Below are positions 8,860 through 19,106 of a stretch of 64,000 nucleotides of DNA, in pieces. How positions within the stretch are numbered: the first letter of the stretch is position 1; every line of letters starts with the position of its first letter. The DNA lies in IMG/VR virus record IMGVR_UViG_3300021255_000111; one strand, 5' to 3'. Under the pieces are notes generated by a model, which ran no database searches, had not been told where the DNA came from, and saw only the letters and a list, made by a program, of their open reading frames with translations. The translations under genes were made by a program, and so were the position numbers. Source of the DNA: an uncultured virus (IMG/VR IMGVR_UViG_3300021255_000111). Lineage: Duplodnaviria; Heunggongvirae; Uroviricota; Caudoviricetes.

Positions 8860-8935
8860 TGCAATCTATGATAATCTAAGATTATTTTACTACCTTTGCA
8901 CCATCATTATTTATATAACAGTGCAAAAGTACAAA
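8860..8935. promoter_or_regulatory. Immunity switch: operator palindrome and opposed promoters
   Basis: ATAATCT-A-AGATTAT palindrome; TACCTTTG (+, ~8891) and TACTTTTG (-, ~8924-8931). Confidence 0.7.
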
Positions 8936-8946
8936 AAGTTATTTGA

Positions 8947-9186
8947 ATGGCAAACAAAATTGAAAGAAAACCGCAGAAAATGACCCTAAAGGGCTATTAT
9001 CAGAATCTTCCAGATGCAACGCATCCGAAGACTGATTTCATCACTCGCATCATGAGTGAGTGCGGAGTATCGTTCACTACAGCCCGAAACTGGGTGATGG
9101 GTGTCACAAGGCCGGACAAAGAAGAGAATGTCCGCAAGTTGTCAGAAATGACAGGTATCAAGGCAGATGACTTATGGAAAAGTTAG
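8947..9186 (+). CDS. Cro-like HTH protein
   Basis: 'ECGVSFTTARNWVMGVTRP' HTH, divergent from the repressor. Confidence 0.75.
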   Translation: MANKIERKPQKMTLKGYYQNLPDATHPKTDFITRIMSECGVSFTTARNWVMGVTRPDKEENVRKLSEMTGIKADDLWKS

Positions 9187-9725
9187 AGTTCTACATCTAC
9201 GAGAATGAGTTATGGTGCAAGTATGCTGATGGCCGTAACGAGCAGGTCACCGAAAGCGACACAGAACTGATTGGTGAAATGCTTGGACTGATTAAGGACC
9301 ACTATCCTACAGCCTACAAGGCTCTGGAGAAGGAGTACCAGAAAAGTGCAGCCAACCCTCGCTACTTCCAGTGGCTCATCGTTCGTAGGTTCTGTAAGTG
9401 TAACTTCGGCAAACTTGACACAACGAAACTCGATATGGAGGAATCTGGCCGTTTTAACTTCGAGAAGGTTGAGTGTCCTCTTCGTGGAGAGTGCAAGTTT
9501 GAGGGAGTTATCTGCTTTCCCACTTTCAACACGAAGCTGTCTGAGGCAGAAATGCGTGTCATGCGGCTTGTGTATAATGGTGCCTCGAAAGAGGATATAG
9601 CCGAACAGTTGTATCTCTCTCCGAACACCGTCAAGAATCATATCAAATCGGTGTACTGTAAACTCGGCATCCATGAAAAGGCAGAGTTCATCCAGTATGC
9701 CAACAGGAATCATTTATTTAGTTAA
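9174..9725 (+). CDS. LuxR-type HTH transcriptional regulator
   Basis: C-terminal 'LSEAEMRVMRLV...IAEQLYLSPNTVKNHIKSVYCKLGI'. Confidence 0.85.
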   Translation: MEKLEFYIYENELWCKYADGRNEQVTESDTELIGEMLGLIKDHYPTAYKALEKEYQKSAANPRYFQWLIVRRFCKCNFGKLDTTKLDMEESGRFNFEKVECPLRGECKFEGVICFPTFNTKLSEAEMRVMRLVYNGASKEDIAEQLYLSPNTVKNHIKSVYCKLGIHEKAEFIQYANRNHLFS

Positions 9726-9759
9726 CTTATATGTTTCACAATTTAAAGCACTAAGAGCA

Positions 9760-10704
9760 ATGGGATTGATTAAGAAAAGTAACGAAATCGCTATTCAGCG
9801 TAATGTGAAGATGATGGTTTACGGACAGGCAGGTATGGGTAAGACCACCCTCGCACTGTCAGCCCCGAAACCGCTGTTGCTTGACTTCGATAACGGTGTC
9901 AAGCGTGTGAATAACTCTCACCTCGGAGATGTCGGAATCGTCCAGATTACCAACTGGCAGGAGGTAGTAACCCTTCTGACTACGGAGAAAGCAGATCTGG
10001 CACCGTTCGAGACCATCGTGGTTGACACCATCGGCAAGATGATGGACTTCATCATCGCCTACCGATGCGGAGGACGTAACCCCAGAGTACAGGATTGGGG
10101 TATGATTAACTCTGACTTCAAGTGGTTTGTTAACGCCCTGTCGGAACTCGGCAAGCACCTTATCTTCGTTGCACACCGAGACACACGAAAGGAAGGCGAT
10201 GATACCGTATTCGTTCCTGCACTCAGAGAGAAGTCGTACAATGCCATCGTGACGGAACTCGACCTTCTGGGCTATCTGGAAATGAAGAATGAGAACGGCA
10301 TCCAGAAGCGTTCCATCACATTCGACCCGACCAGTCGCAACGATGGCAAGAACACCTGCCAGTTGGATGGTGTCATGTGGATAAACAATATCCTCGACCA
10401 GAACGGACAGCCGACAGCACCGAACGACTTCATCCAGAAGCGCATCATTGACAAGTACCAGAACATGATACAGGTCAAGGAGAATGCGCAGGCCGAGTAC
10501 AACAAGGCTCTGGCCGAGATTAAGGAGGCAGTGGAGTTGATTACCGATGCACAGGGAGCGAACCACTTCATCGAGCATATCAATGACTACAAGAATCTTG
10601 GAAACTCCGTCATCCTGTATGCAAGAGACCTGTTCTCTGCCAAGATGAAGAATCTGAAGTTGAAGTACAACAAGGAAACCAAGAAGTACGAGGATGCAGC
10701 CTAA
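9760..10704 (+). CDS. AAA_24/Sak4-like ATPase (recombination)
   Basis: Walker A GQAGMGKT, Walker B IVVD; start reassigned to AAGAGCA-ATG at 9760. Confidence 0.8.
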   Translation: MGLIKKSNEIAIQRNVKMMVYGQAGMGKTTLALSAPKPLLLDFDNGVKRVNNSHLGDVGIVQITNWQEVVTLLTTEKADLAPFETIVVDTIGKMMDFIIAYRCGGRNPRVQDWGMINSDFKWFVNALSELGKHLIFVAHRDTRKEGDDTVFVPALREKSYNAIVTELDLLGYLEMKNENGIQKRSITFDPTSRNDGKNTCQLDGVMWINNILDQNGQPTAPNDFIQKRIIDKYQNMIQVKENAQAEYNKALAEIKEAVELITDAQGANHFIEHINDYKNLGNSVILYARDLFSAKMKNLKLKYNKETKKYEDAA

Positions 10705-11461
10705 GATTCAGTTTAAGTTCTACGCCACGCTGTTGGATGCGTATCAGAACTACATCGACAGCGACATCATCTGGGAGCGGTATTGGGGATTCTCTGAGAA
10801 TCCTCCCCACTCTCCAGAGGAATTTAGAGAGGCGCAGTTCCAGGCGTTGATTGACAGAATCAATCGTGTCCCCTTCGACAGCGAGAGGGCAGACAAAGGA
10901 ACGGCATTCAATGAAGTCATAGACTGCATGGTCAAGGGCGAGAACTCAGACAAGATTAAGGTACAGAGAGTGAAGAATGATGATGGAAAGATACTCGGTC
11001 TGAACGTTACCTATAACGAACGGACGTTCTACTTTCCCATCACTCTTTGCAGGGAGGTGGCCGACTACTACAAGGGAGCACTGGCGCAGCAGTTTGTTGA
11101 GGCTGTGTTGCCCACCATCTACGGAAACGTCCTGCTGTACGGCTACATCGACTATGTGCTTCCCTTCTGCACTCATGACTTGAAAACAACAGGTAGTTAC
11201 TCTGTTGGAAACTACAAGAACCACTGGCAACACCTTGTGTACCCCTATGCGTTATACCAGAACGGATGCAACGTCCCGGACTTCGAGTACAACGTGGTCG
11301 AGTTTGGAAAGAACAACTCCTACCAGACGTTCACTGAAAGTTACTCATACGTCCCAGAACGTGACGTTCCGAAGCTGACGCAGCACTGTGAGGACTTCAT
11401 CAGATTCCTGCAGGATAATAAGAGTTTGATAACAGACAAGAAAATATTCGCATTGATATGA
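10694..11461 (+). CDS. PD-(D/E)XK exonuclease-like protein
   Basis: 'GYIDY...HDLKTT', 'WQHLVY'; follows the Sak4-like gene. Confidence 0.7.
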   Translation: MQPKIQFKFYATLLDAYQNYIDSDIIWERYWGFSENPPHSPEEFREAQFQALIDRINRVPFDSERADKGTAFNEVIDCMVKGENSDKIKVQRVKNDDGKILGLNVTYNERTFYFPITLCREVADYYKGALAQQFVEAVLPTIYGNVLLYGYIDYVLPFCTHDLKTTGSYSVGNYKNHWQHLVYPYALYQNGCNVPDFEYNVVEFGKNNSYQTFTESYSYVPERDVPKLTQHCEDFIRFLQDNKSLITDKKIFALI

Positions 11462-12426
11462 ACAAAGAAGAAAAGAATATCGTTCCGGTAGCGGAACTTC
11501 AAGCAGAGCAACTTGAACTGAAGGTCAGTGAAAAGACCATCGGTAGCCTCACCACCAACGCCAAGGAGATTCGTGACTTGGTAAAGGCCGCTCTCCCAAA
11601 GTATGACATCAGTAACTATTCGTCCGATGACATTGCCAAGGCAAAGGCTGACAAGGCCCTGCTGAACAAGGCTCAGAAAACCCTCAATGACAAGCGTATT
11701 GCCTTCGAGAAGGAGTTTATGGCTCCCTTCGGAGAGTTCAAGGAAGTGGTTGCTGACACCTGCAAACTCATCAAGGATGCAGTAGGCAAGATTGATACTG
11801 TCATCAAGGAGGATGAGCAGCGTAGCAGGGATGAGAAGAAGGCCAGTATCGAGGCACTGCCAGAGATACATGAGTTTGAGGCTCTTGGCCTCTCCATCCA
11901 GACCATCTGGAATGAGAAGTGGCTGAACAAGACCACATCGTTGAAGTCCATCAGTACAGAGATAGCAGAAAAGACCAAGGCCGTCAAGACGGATCTTGAA
12001 ACGCTGAAATCCTTTGCCGAGGACTACGATGTTCTGGTTGTCCGCTATAAGGAGAGTTTGAATCTGAACGACACTGTAGCCTATGCCAACCAACTGAAAG
12101 CCCAGAGGGAGGCTACCAAGGCCGCAGAGGCCGCCAAGGAGGAAGCACCTGCCAACACTCCATCCGAGCAGACAAGCGAGGCTCCTGCAGGACAGCAAGA
12201 GGCTCAAACGGAAAGCACTGCACCATCCAACAGCAACGATGACGCAGAGGCAGACGCTATGGATGCTTTCGCAGCCGCTATGGGTGTAGAGGTCGAGGCT
12301 CCCAAGCAGGAGCAGAAACCTGTTGTCTATCCAAGAACGTATGAGATTAACGCTACAGATGAGCAGTTCAATAAGATTGAGGCTTATCTGAGCCAGTTAG
12401 GAGTAAACTTCACTATTCAAGATTAA
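11458..12426 (+). CDS. DUF1351-like coiled-coil protein
   Basis: 'AKADKALLNK...IAFEKEFMAPFGEF', 'WLNKT'. Confidence 0.7.
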   Translation: MNKEEKNIVPVAELQAEQLELKVSEKTIGSLTTNAKEIRDLVKAALPKYDISNYSSDDIAKAKADKALLNKAQKTLNDKRIAFEKEFMAPFGEFKEVVADTCKLIKDAVGKIDTVIKEDEQRSRDEKKASIEALPEIHEFEALGLSIQTIWNEKWLNKTTSLKSISTEIAEKTKAVKTDLETLKSFAEDYDVLVVRYKESLNLNDTVAYANQLKAQREATKAAEAAKEEAPANTPSEQTSEAPAGQQEAQTESTAPSNSNDDAEADAMDAFAAAMGVEVEAPKQEQKPVVYPRTYEINATDEQFNKIEAYLSQLGVNFTIQD

Positions 12427-12430
12427 GACT

Positions 12431-12943
12431 ATGCCAAACCAAGTAACAGGATTTATCCTACAGATTGGCCAGACCGTTTCCGTACCCACTCGGAACGGTC
12501 AGCCATTCCAGAAACGAGAACTGATTCTGGATGCGTCAAACTACGACAGGTTCACTGGTCGTAAGATTGAGAACTATCCTTCCATGGAGTTCACACAGAA
12601 CAACTGTTCCAAGTTAGACAACTTCAAGGTAGGTGACCTTGTAACCGTATCTTTCGTGCTCTCTGGAGTAAAGTCAGAGAAAGACGGACAGGTGAACTAC
12701 TTTACGCACGTCAAAGGCTACGACATCGTGCCGTTCCAGAGACAGAACGTATATCAAGGCGCACAAGGAGGCCAAGCCTCTGCACCTGCACAACAGCCCA
12801 CCCAAGGACAGCAAATGTCTCAGCAAGGCCAAAATGCTGGTCAAACGGCTGCATCTGGAGCACCTGCACAACAGCCCTTCCCACCTGCTGTTGATGAGAA
12901 CGGAAACCCGATTAACGGAAACGCAGACGATTTACCATTCTAA
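12431..12943 (+). CDS. DUF3127-like single-stranded DNA-binding protein
   Basis: OB-fold-like N-terminus, Q/G-rich linker, acidic 'DDLPF' tail. Confidence 0.8.
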   Translation: MPNQVTGFILQIGQTVSVPTRNGQPFQKRELILDASNYDRFTGRKIENYPSMEFTQNNCSKLDNFKVGDLVTVSFVLSGVKSEKDGQVNYFTHVKGYDIVPFQRQNVYQGAQGGQASAPAQQPTQGQQMSQQGQNAGQTAASGAPAQQPFPPAVDENGNPINGNADDLPF

Positions 12944-12946
12944 GGT

Positions 12947-13387
12947 ATGGCACTCTACAACTTGAAGAATCCGTATGACCGCCAGAGGTTCAAGGAGAAG
13001 TGTAATGCACTTGTCTTGAAGCAGGAGTATGTGGAACTGAAAACGAAGCATACCAACAGGACGTTGGCGCAGAACAGTTACCTGCACCTCATTCTCGGCT
13101 ACTTTGCCAGTGAGTTCGGCTATACTCTGGATGAGGTCAAGATTGACTTCTACAAGAGAAAGTGTAATGCGGACATCTACGTTGTGGAGAGAGTGAATAA
13201 GAGAGGCCGCACTGTGAAAACCCTTCGCAGTTCATCGGACCTTGACAAACTGGAAATGACACGAAGCATCGAGCGTTTCAGAAACTGGTCCTCTGCTGAG
13301 TGCGGCCTTTATATTCCATCTGCCAATGAGGGAGAAGCGTTATTCTATGCTCAACAGCAAGTAGAGCAGTATCAGAATTTTATGTAA
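12947..13387 (+). CDS. NinB-like protein
   Basis: 'RTLAQNSYLH', 'RSSSDLDKLEM'. Confidence 0.6.
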   Translation: MALYNLKNPYDRQRFKEKCNALVLKQEYVELKTKHTNRTLAQNSYLHLILGYFASEFGYTLDEVKIDFYKRKCNADIYVVERVNKRGRTVKTLRSSSDLDKLEMTRSIERFRNWSSAECGLYIPSANEGEALFYAQQQVEQYQNFM

Positions 13388-13409
13388 AACAAGAATTATA
13401 GCAAAAATT

Positions 13410-13811
13410 ATGAACGAAGTAACTATTGAACTGCAAAAGTACAATGCAGTAAGAGACAGAGCCAAAGAGGCCGACCGTCTCGAAACAGAAATTGAGGAAT
13501 TGAAGAAGAAACATGAGGATGAGATTCACCAACTCAAAGAGAAAGGAAAGATTGCCGTCATGGTTGAATCGCCATTTGGAAGAGTGTTTGGAGGAAAGCC
13601 ACACATCTTGGAGATTGTCGGTCTTGACAAGGTGCGTTCCGAGATAGAGCAGCATATCATTGATAATGAGGTTGAAAAGGCTAAATCAAAACTCATCAAT
13701 GAACTGGCTGAAGCCAATGCCAAGGTATCAGACCTCGAAGCCAAGATAGAGTATCTTCAGAACCGCAGTCTGTGGCAGAGAATAGTAAATGTTTTTAAAC
13801 CATCAAAGTAA
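13410..13811 (+). CDS. Hypothetical coiled-coil protein
   Basis: Operon packing. Confidence 0.6.
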   Translation: MNEVTIELQKYNAVRDRAKEADRLETEIEELKKKHEDEIHQLKEKGKIAVMVESPFGRVFGGKPHILEIVGLDKVRSEIEQHIIDNEVEKAKSKLINELAEANAKVSDLEAKIEYLQNRSLWQRIVNVFKPSK

Positions 13812-13818
13812 TAAAGTT

Positions 13819-14532
13819 ATGTTAGCAAATCTGTTAGATTATCGCCCCGAAAAGATTGAGTTTGTCTTGACCGAGGCACAGCGTGAAATGTACAAAGACG
13901 TTCTGACCATCTGTAACGGTGCAAAGAATGCCGATGAGGCCATCAAGGTTTTCAACGAGAAGTTCAACTGTCTGTTCCCAGAAGGTGAACTGGCCACCAG
14001 AAAGTACGATGCTCATGAAATCGGTGAGATTCGTGAAGAGTACTGTCTGAAGCAGGAGAACGAGGCTCCCATGCGCAAGGATGAGTTAGAGACTACTCTG
14101 GAGCGCATTAAGGCCATGAAGAAGAAGGCCGAAGATGCCTACAACTCCGTCCTGTTGGAGATTGCCGATCTCGCTGCAAGGGTGAAGAAAGGCACTACTG
14201 ACTTCAACCTTCCTGCAACCCAGACCGTCCGTATCGCTCTGAACGGAAACTTCTGTTTCTTCTCATGGGTGGACGGCCAGATGCAGTTGGTCAAGGTCGA
14301 GGAAATCCCCGAGTGGGACAGAAACTCTCTCTGGAGCCAAGAGGACTGGAACCGCAAGGCCATGAAGGAGGTGTTCGGTATCGAGTTCCCAGAAATCAAG
14401 AAGCCTGCCAGTGCAGACGATGCTGATGATGCCGATAAGGGCGATGATGACCTTCCATTCCCTTCCGAGGAAGAGGTGGCAGCTGAACAGCAGGCCGCTG
14501 AGAAGAAGGGCAAAGGCAAGAAGAGTAAGTAA
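13819..14532 (+). CDS. Hypothetical phage protein
   Basis: ATG 13819; acidic DDLPF-like segment near the C-terminus. Confidence 0.65.
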   Translation: MLANLLDYRPEKIEFVLTEAQREMYKDVLTICNGAKNADEAIKVFNEKFNCLFPEGELATRKYDAHEIGEIREEYCLKQENEAPMRKDELETTLERIKAMKKKAEDAYNSVLLEIADLAARVKKGTTDFNLPATQTVRIALNGNFCFFSWVDGQMQLVKVEEIPEWDRNSLWSQEDWNRKAMKEVFGIEFPEIKKPASADDADDADKGDDDLPFPSEEEVAAEQQAAEKKGKGKKSK

Positions 14533-14587
14533 TCAAGTTCGGTGAGGTGTGGTTTTTCCATGCCTCACCTTTCCTACATCAAGAGCA

Positions 14588-15766
14588 ATGAAATATCAGT
14601 TAAGAGAATACCAAAGGGATGCAAGTATAGCGGCTGTCAAGTGCTTCAAGTCTAAGGGCAAAAGGAACGGCTTGCTCGTTCTGCCTACAGGAGCAGGAAA
14701 GAGCCTCGTTATAGCAGACATCGCATCTAAACTGGATGGTCCCCTGTTGGTGTTCCAACCGTCAAAGGAGATTCTTGAACAGAACTTTGCCAAGTTGCAG
14801 AGTTACGGCTGTTGGGATGCCGGAATCTATTCAGCGTCAGTAGGCCACAAGGACATCAACCGTATCACCTTCGCCACCATCGGAAGCGTCATGAATCACA
14901 TGGAGGACTTTGCTCACTTCAAGAACGTCATGATAGATGAGTGCCATGGAGTGAACAGCAAGGCAGGCCAGTACAAAGAGTTCCTGGAGGCAGAGGACAG
15001 GAAGGTTGTCGGACTGACAGCAACTCCATACCGCCTCTGTAGTTACATGAGCGGAAGCATGTTGAAGTTCATCACCAGAACGAAGCCACGTATTTTCGAT
15101 GACGTTTTGTACTACTGCCAGATTTCAGACCTGTTGGCCAAGGGCTACCTCGCCAACCTGCATTACTATGACCTAACGACATTGAACCTCGACAGGGTGC
15201 GTTCCAACTCCACAGGAGCAGACTTCGATGACAAGTCCTTGAAGGAGGAATACATCAGAAGCGGTTTCTATGACAAGCTGACCACTACCACCATCCGAGT
15301 ATTGAGACCGAAGAGCGGAATACCCAGAAAGGGAGTGCTCACTTTCACCAGATTCATAGAAGAGGCCGACAGTCTTGTTGGAAAACTGAGGGCTGTAGGT
15401 ATCAATGCCGATATTGTCACAGGAGAGACACCCAAGAAGGAACGTGAATCCATCTTGGAGCAGTTCAAGGCAGGAAGAATCAAGGTAGTTGCCAATGTTG
15501 GCACCCTCACTACAGGTTTCGACTATCCAGAACTTGATACTGTCATCCTTGGCCGTCCTACTAAATCCCTCGCTCTCTACTACCAGATGGTAGGCAGAGC
15601 CATCCGACCCTGCAAAGGTAAGGACGGATGGATAATAGACCTTGGAGGCTCATACAGGCGATTCGGCAATGTTGCCGACTTGAAGATAGACCTTGAAGCA
15701 CCATGCTCTTCAAGGTGGTGCGTGACCTCTCACGGAAAACAACTAACGAACGTATTATTCAGATGA
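14588..15766 (+). CDS. SF2 (DExH) helicase
   Basis: PTGAGKS, DECH, TAT, QMVGRAIR; start at AAGAGCA-ATG. Confidence 0.9.
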   Translation: MKYQLREYQRDASIAAVKCFKSKGKRNGLLVLPTGAGKSLVIADIASKLDGPLLVFQPSKEILEQNFAKLQSYGCWDAGIYSASVGHKDINRITFATIGSVMNHMEDFAHFKNVMIDECHGVNSKAGQYKEFLEAEDRKVVGLTATPYRLCSYMSGSMLKFITRTKPRIFDDVLYYCQISDLLAKGYLANLHYYDLTTLNLDRVRSNSTGADFDDKSLKEEYIRSGFYDKLTTTTIRVLRPKSGIPRKGVLTFTRFIEEADSLVGKLRAVGINADIVTGETPKKERESILEQFKAGRIKVVANVGTLTTGFDYPELDTVILGRPTKSLALYYQMVGRAIRPCKGKDGWIIDLGGSYRRFGNVADLKIDLEAPCSSRWCVTSHGKQLTNVLFR

Positions 15767-16137
15767 AGAAGAAGATATATATCAGCGGCCCTATCAGTGG
15801 CCATGACATTGAAGAGAGAAAAGCCGATTTCGCCAGAATCAAGGAGTACCTGGAAAAGTTAGGCTATGAAGTGTTCAACCCAATGGAGAATGGCTTGCCT
15901 CCTACAGCAACCACGGCAGAGCACATGAAAACGGATATTGAGGCCCTGTTGAAATGCGACTGCATCTATATGATGAAGCGATGGAATCATAGTGCAGGAT
16001 GCCAGACAGAGTTCCTTGTTGCCACCGCCATAGGTCTGGAGTTCATCTTTGAGGTGTGCGATACTATGCCTTCATCTTTCTTCGGCAAGGTAGAGAACGA
16101 GAACGGAAAAATGGTTCACAAAGTCAAATTCGTATAG
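15763..16137 (+). CDS. DUF4406 / nucleoside deoxyribosyltransferase-like protein
   Basis: 'IYISGPISG', 'VFNP', 'WNHSAGCQTE'. Confidence 0.75.
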   Translation: MKKKIYISGPISGHDIEERKADFARIKEYLEKLGYEVFNPMENGLPPTATTAEHMKTDIEALLKCDCIYMMKRWNHSAGCQTEFLVATAIGLEFIFEVCDTMPSSFFGKVENENGKMVHKVKFV

Positions 16138-16139
16138 CC

Positions 16140-16631
16140 ATGCCCTACTATATCAAGCGTTGGCCAAAGAAGGCCAAATCCGAAAGCAAAGAGGCTAAAA
16201 CGAAGTCAAAAGTCAGCAAGCCTCGCAAGCCAAATCTGGTAAAGAAACTGGATCGTGTCTTTGCCCTGTATATCAGACTGCGTGACGTAATGCCGAACGG
16301 CTACGTCAGGTGTATCTCCTGTGGAAACATCAAAGCGTTTGAAGATGTTGACTGCGGTCACTACCATTCCAGAACACACATGGGAACCAGATTCGATGAG
16401 CAGAACTGTAATGCTGAATGCCAGTACTGCAACCGATTCTGTGCTGACCATCTGGATAAGTATGCCATCAATCTGGTCAAGAAGATTGGCAAACAGAGAT
16501 TTGACATGCTGAGAGTGAAGGCCAAGACTCCTAAACACTTCATGGACTTCGAACTGGAGCAGATGATTGAGCACTACACCAGAGAGGTTAAGAAGTTGAG
16601 TACGCTGAAAGGTATCAAGGTGAATCTGTAA
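16140..16631 (+). CDS. NinG/Rap-like HNH recombination nuclease
   Basis: 'YIRLRD...CISCG...DCGHY..R...RFDEQNCNAECQYCN'. Confidence 0.85.
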   Translation: MPYYIKRWPKKAKSESKEAKTKSKVSKPRKPNLVKKLDRVFALYIRLRDVMPNGYVRCISCGNIKAFEDVDCGHYHSRTHMGTRFDEQNCNAECQYCNRFCADHLDKYAINLVKKIGKQRFDMLRVKAKTPKHFMDFELEQMIEHYTREVKKLSTLKGIKVNL

Positions 16632-16656
16632 ACTTCGTTAAAAATGACGTTAAAAG

Positions 16657-16689
16657 TATTTGTTATTCAAATATTATTCGTTACCTTTG
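16657..16689 (+). promoter_or_regulatory. Class II phage promoter
   Basis: TATTTGTTATTCAAATA; TTTG-N19-TACCTTTG. Confidence 0.8.
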
Positions 16690-16830
16690 CAAGCGTAACA
16701 CCATCCGCTGAGTGGCATCAGTCGGGAAGATATAACAAGGCTCTGTCAAGTAGTATTCCTATGCCACCTCCATCATTGGAGAGGAACACGAAAGACAGGG
16801 CTTTTGATTTATACCAGAATATGTAGGAAT

Positions 16831-17601
16831 ATGGAGAGTTGGATAAAGATATACCGAAGATTCCTCGATTGGGAGTGGTACGGCAAATCTGAAATGGTTC
16901 ATCTGTTTCTTCATTTGCTTCTGAAAGCCAATGTCGAGGACAAACGATGGCAGGGAATAGTCATCAAGCGTGGCCAACTCGTTACAGGGCGTGGCAGTCT
17001 TATCGTAGAGACTGGTATATCGGAGAGAACTATTCGCACCTGCCTCCAGAAACTACAGGAAACAGGCGAAATAATAGTAGAAGCGTCCAACCGTTTTAGC
17101 CTCATAACTATCTGTAACTATGATAGTTACCAAGAACGAGAAACCGAAAGCGTCCAGCAAACGTCCAACCAACGTCCAACTACTAACCAACAAACGTCCA
17201 CGACTAAAGAAGGTATAGATTCTTCTGGCGAAGAATCAAACAAAACAAATATAACACGCACGAAGAAAACCAAGGCAGATGTGGCAGCTGACACCAAGAA
17301 GCGTATGTCAGACTTCTACAACTCCCTCATCCCATACGTCCAGATGTACGGAAAGCAGATGGTTCGTGAGTTCTACAACTACTGGAGTGAGACAAACAAA
17401 TCTGGTAGCAGGATGCGTTGGGAAATGGAAAAGACGTGGGTTCTTGAAAAGAGGCTACAGTATTGGAGCAGAAACGAAAAATCATATAGCACTAAGAGCA
17501 ATGAAAGTCAGTCAGATAATAGAACAAGGGAGGAAAGAGATAGAGGCGCATCGGACCTCGTTACCAGACTGCTTGCCGAAAACAAGCCAGTTGGTCAGTA
17601 A
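16831..17601 (+). CDS. Replication initiator (lambda O-like) with internal iterons
   Basis: 'WIKIYRRFLDWEWY', HTH, iterons at 17151-17200, C-terminal 'FYNYW' domain. Confidence 0.8.
   Translation: MESWIKIYRRFLDWEWYGKSEMVHLFLHLLLKANVEDKRWQGIVIKRGQLVTGRGSLIVETGISERTIRTCLQKLQETGEIIVEASNRFSLITICNYDSYQERETESVQQTSNQRPTTNQQTSTTKEGIDSSGEESNKTNITRTKKTKADVAADTKKRMSDFYNSLIPYVQMYGKQMVREFYNYWSETNKSGSRMRWEMEKTWVLEKRLQYWSRNEKSYSTKSNESQSDNRTREERDRGASDLVTRLLAENKPVGQ
17081..17210 (+). repeat. Origin iterons inside the replication gene
   Basis: CGTCCA at 17084, 17151, 17162, 17173, 17195 (11-bp period). Confidence 0.8.
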
Positions 17602-18334
17602 GTTCGGGAATCTCGTTTCCTTCATCACTGAGTTCAATCCAGATGTGCAGATTCAGTTTGGAATGAACAAGGAAGTGGCGTATTTCTGTGACACCCCTAC
17701 ACTGGCAACCCTAAGAGCGGAGTATGGAACCAATGCAGCAACAGTATGGCTCGTTCCACAGATAAAGGATTTGAGCGAGTACTGCGGATGCAAGGGAAAG
17801 ATTACTGATAGCCAGATGGAGCAGTGTGCAGGTATTATCGCAATGACCTATCCGTTCTTGAAGGTATCTGAACTGATGCTGTTCTTTGTGAACTTCAAGG
17901 CAGGGCAGTATGGAAAGTTCTACGGATCAGTTGACCCTCTTACCATCACAACAGCCCTGCGAGAGTTTATCAAGGAACGTGCAGCCGCCTACGAAAAGCA
18001 TGAGAGAGAGGAAAGGGAACGTGCTGATGCCGAGGATAAGAAAAACGCCATCACCTATGACGAATATCTGTCAAAGAATGGAATAAAGATTTCAAAGGCC
18101 GCAGGGAGTTCAAAACCTGCCAAGCCTACAACTACCCCACCCGAAGAGCGCAAACGTAACAGCGAGGACTATACGAAGTCCTGCGCAGAAAATCTGATAA
18201 GCAACGCATACCACTGCAAGCCAGATGACTTGAAGATGATGCGTGAGATGTTTAAGAACAAGTATGGATGCACTCCAGAAGAGTATATTGAGAAGGAGAA
18301 AAACAATCGAAGAAATGAAATACAAGGCAAGTAA
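17501..18334 (+). CDS. Replication accessory protein (DUF6633-like, loader position)
   Basis: In-frame ATG after AGCACTAAGAGCA; 'LKVSELMLFF..FKAGQYGKFYGSVDP'. Confidence 0.65.
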   Translation: MKVSQIIEQGRKEIEAHRTSLPDCLPKTSQLVSKFGNLVSFITEFNPDVQIQFGMNKEVAYFCDTPTLATLRAEYGTNAATVWLVPQIKDLSEYCGCKGKITDSQMEQCAGIIAMTYPFLKVSELMLFFVNFKAGQYGKFYGSVDPLTITTALREFIKERAAAYEKHEREERERADAEDKKNAITYDEYLSKNGIKISKAAGSSKPAKPTTTPPEERKRNSEDYTKSCAENLISNAYHCKPDDLKMMREMFKNKYGCTPEEYIEKEKNNRRNEIQGK

Positions 18335-18468
18335 ACAGGTTGTGCGTTTGGTCAATGAGATTATGACGCATGTAGAGAACGCAAAAGAAGAATTGGATAG
18401 GTTGAACATCGGCAACTGCCATGATGAGTTGAACCATATCCGCACTATGGATATAAAACTTGAATACG

Positions 18469-19026
18469 ATGAACAAGAAGAGATTGAATGAATTAGCCAG
18501 AAGCATCCATGAGACAGCCACCACTCACGGATGGCATGAAGAGAAGAAATCGGATGCCCACTGGCTCTGTATGGTGATGACCGAGATTGCCGAAGCTGTT
18601 GAGGCCCATCGTAAAGGCAATAGAGCAAAAATGGACTTCTTTATCAAGTTCACTGATGTCAAGAATATAACGGACGGCTATTGGAAGTTGTGCTATGACA
18701 CCTTCATCAAAGGCAGTCTGGAGGAAGAGTTTGCCGACATCGTTATCAGAATACTCGATTTCGCCAACGAGAAGTTTGGTGATAATATGGAATGGCGAGA
18801 ATGGTGCGTCAGAGACCTCTCCAGTAAGACATCGTTCACGGAGAAAGCCTTCTCCCTGCTAAGATGGATGACCTCTGACGATATAGGCATGAGTGAGATA
18901 ACGCTGTTTGTACAGTACATGTATTCCTGGGCCAAGACCTTTGAAATGGATCTGGACTGGCATATTGATGCGAAGATGCGCTACAATGCCATGAGGCCAT
19001 ACCGGCATGGAAACAAGGCATACTAA
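18469..19026 (+). CDS. MazG-like nucleotide pyrophosphohydrolase
   Basis: 'TEIAEAVEA', 'EEEFADIVIRILD', 'KMRYNAMRPYRHG'. Confidence 0.8.
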   Translation: MNKKRLNELARSIHETATTHGWHEEKKSDAHWLCMVMTEIAEAVEAHRKGNRAKMDFFIKFTDVKNITDGYWKLCYDTFIKGSLEEEFADIVIRILDFANEKFGDNMEWREWCVRDLSSKTSFTEKAFSLLRWMTSDDIGMSEITLFVQYMYSWAKTFEMDLDWHIDAKMRYNAMRPYRHGNKAY

Positions 19027-19106
19027 CAGTCAATATCTGTTAATGTATAAATCAGTATAGTCGCAACTTCAAAAGAAGATAAAAATGGAGCATTTTGACA
19101 GCAGTT

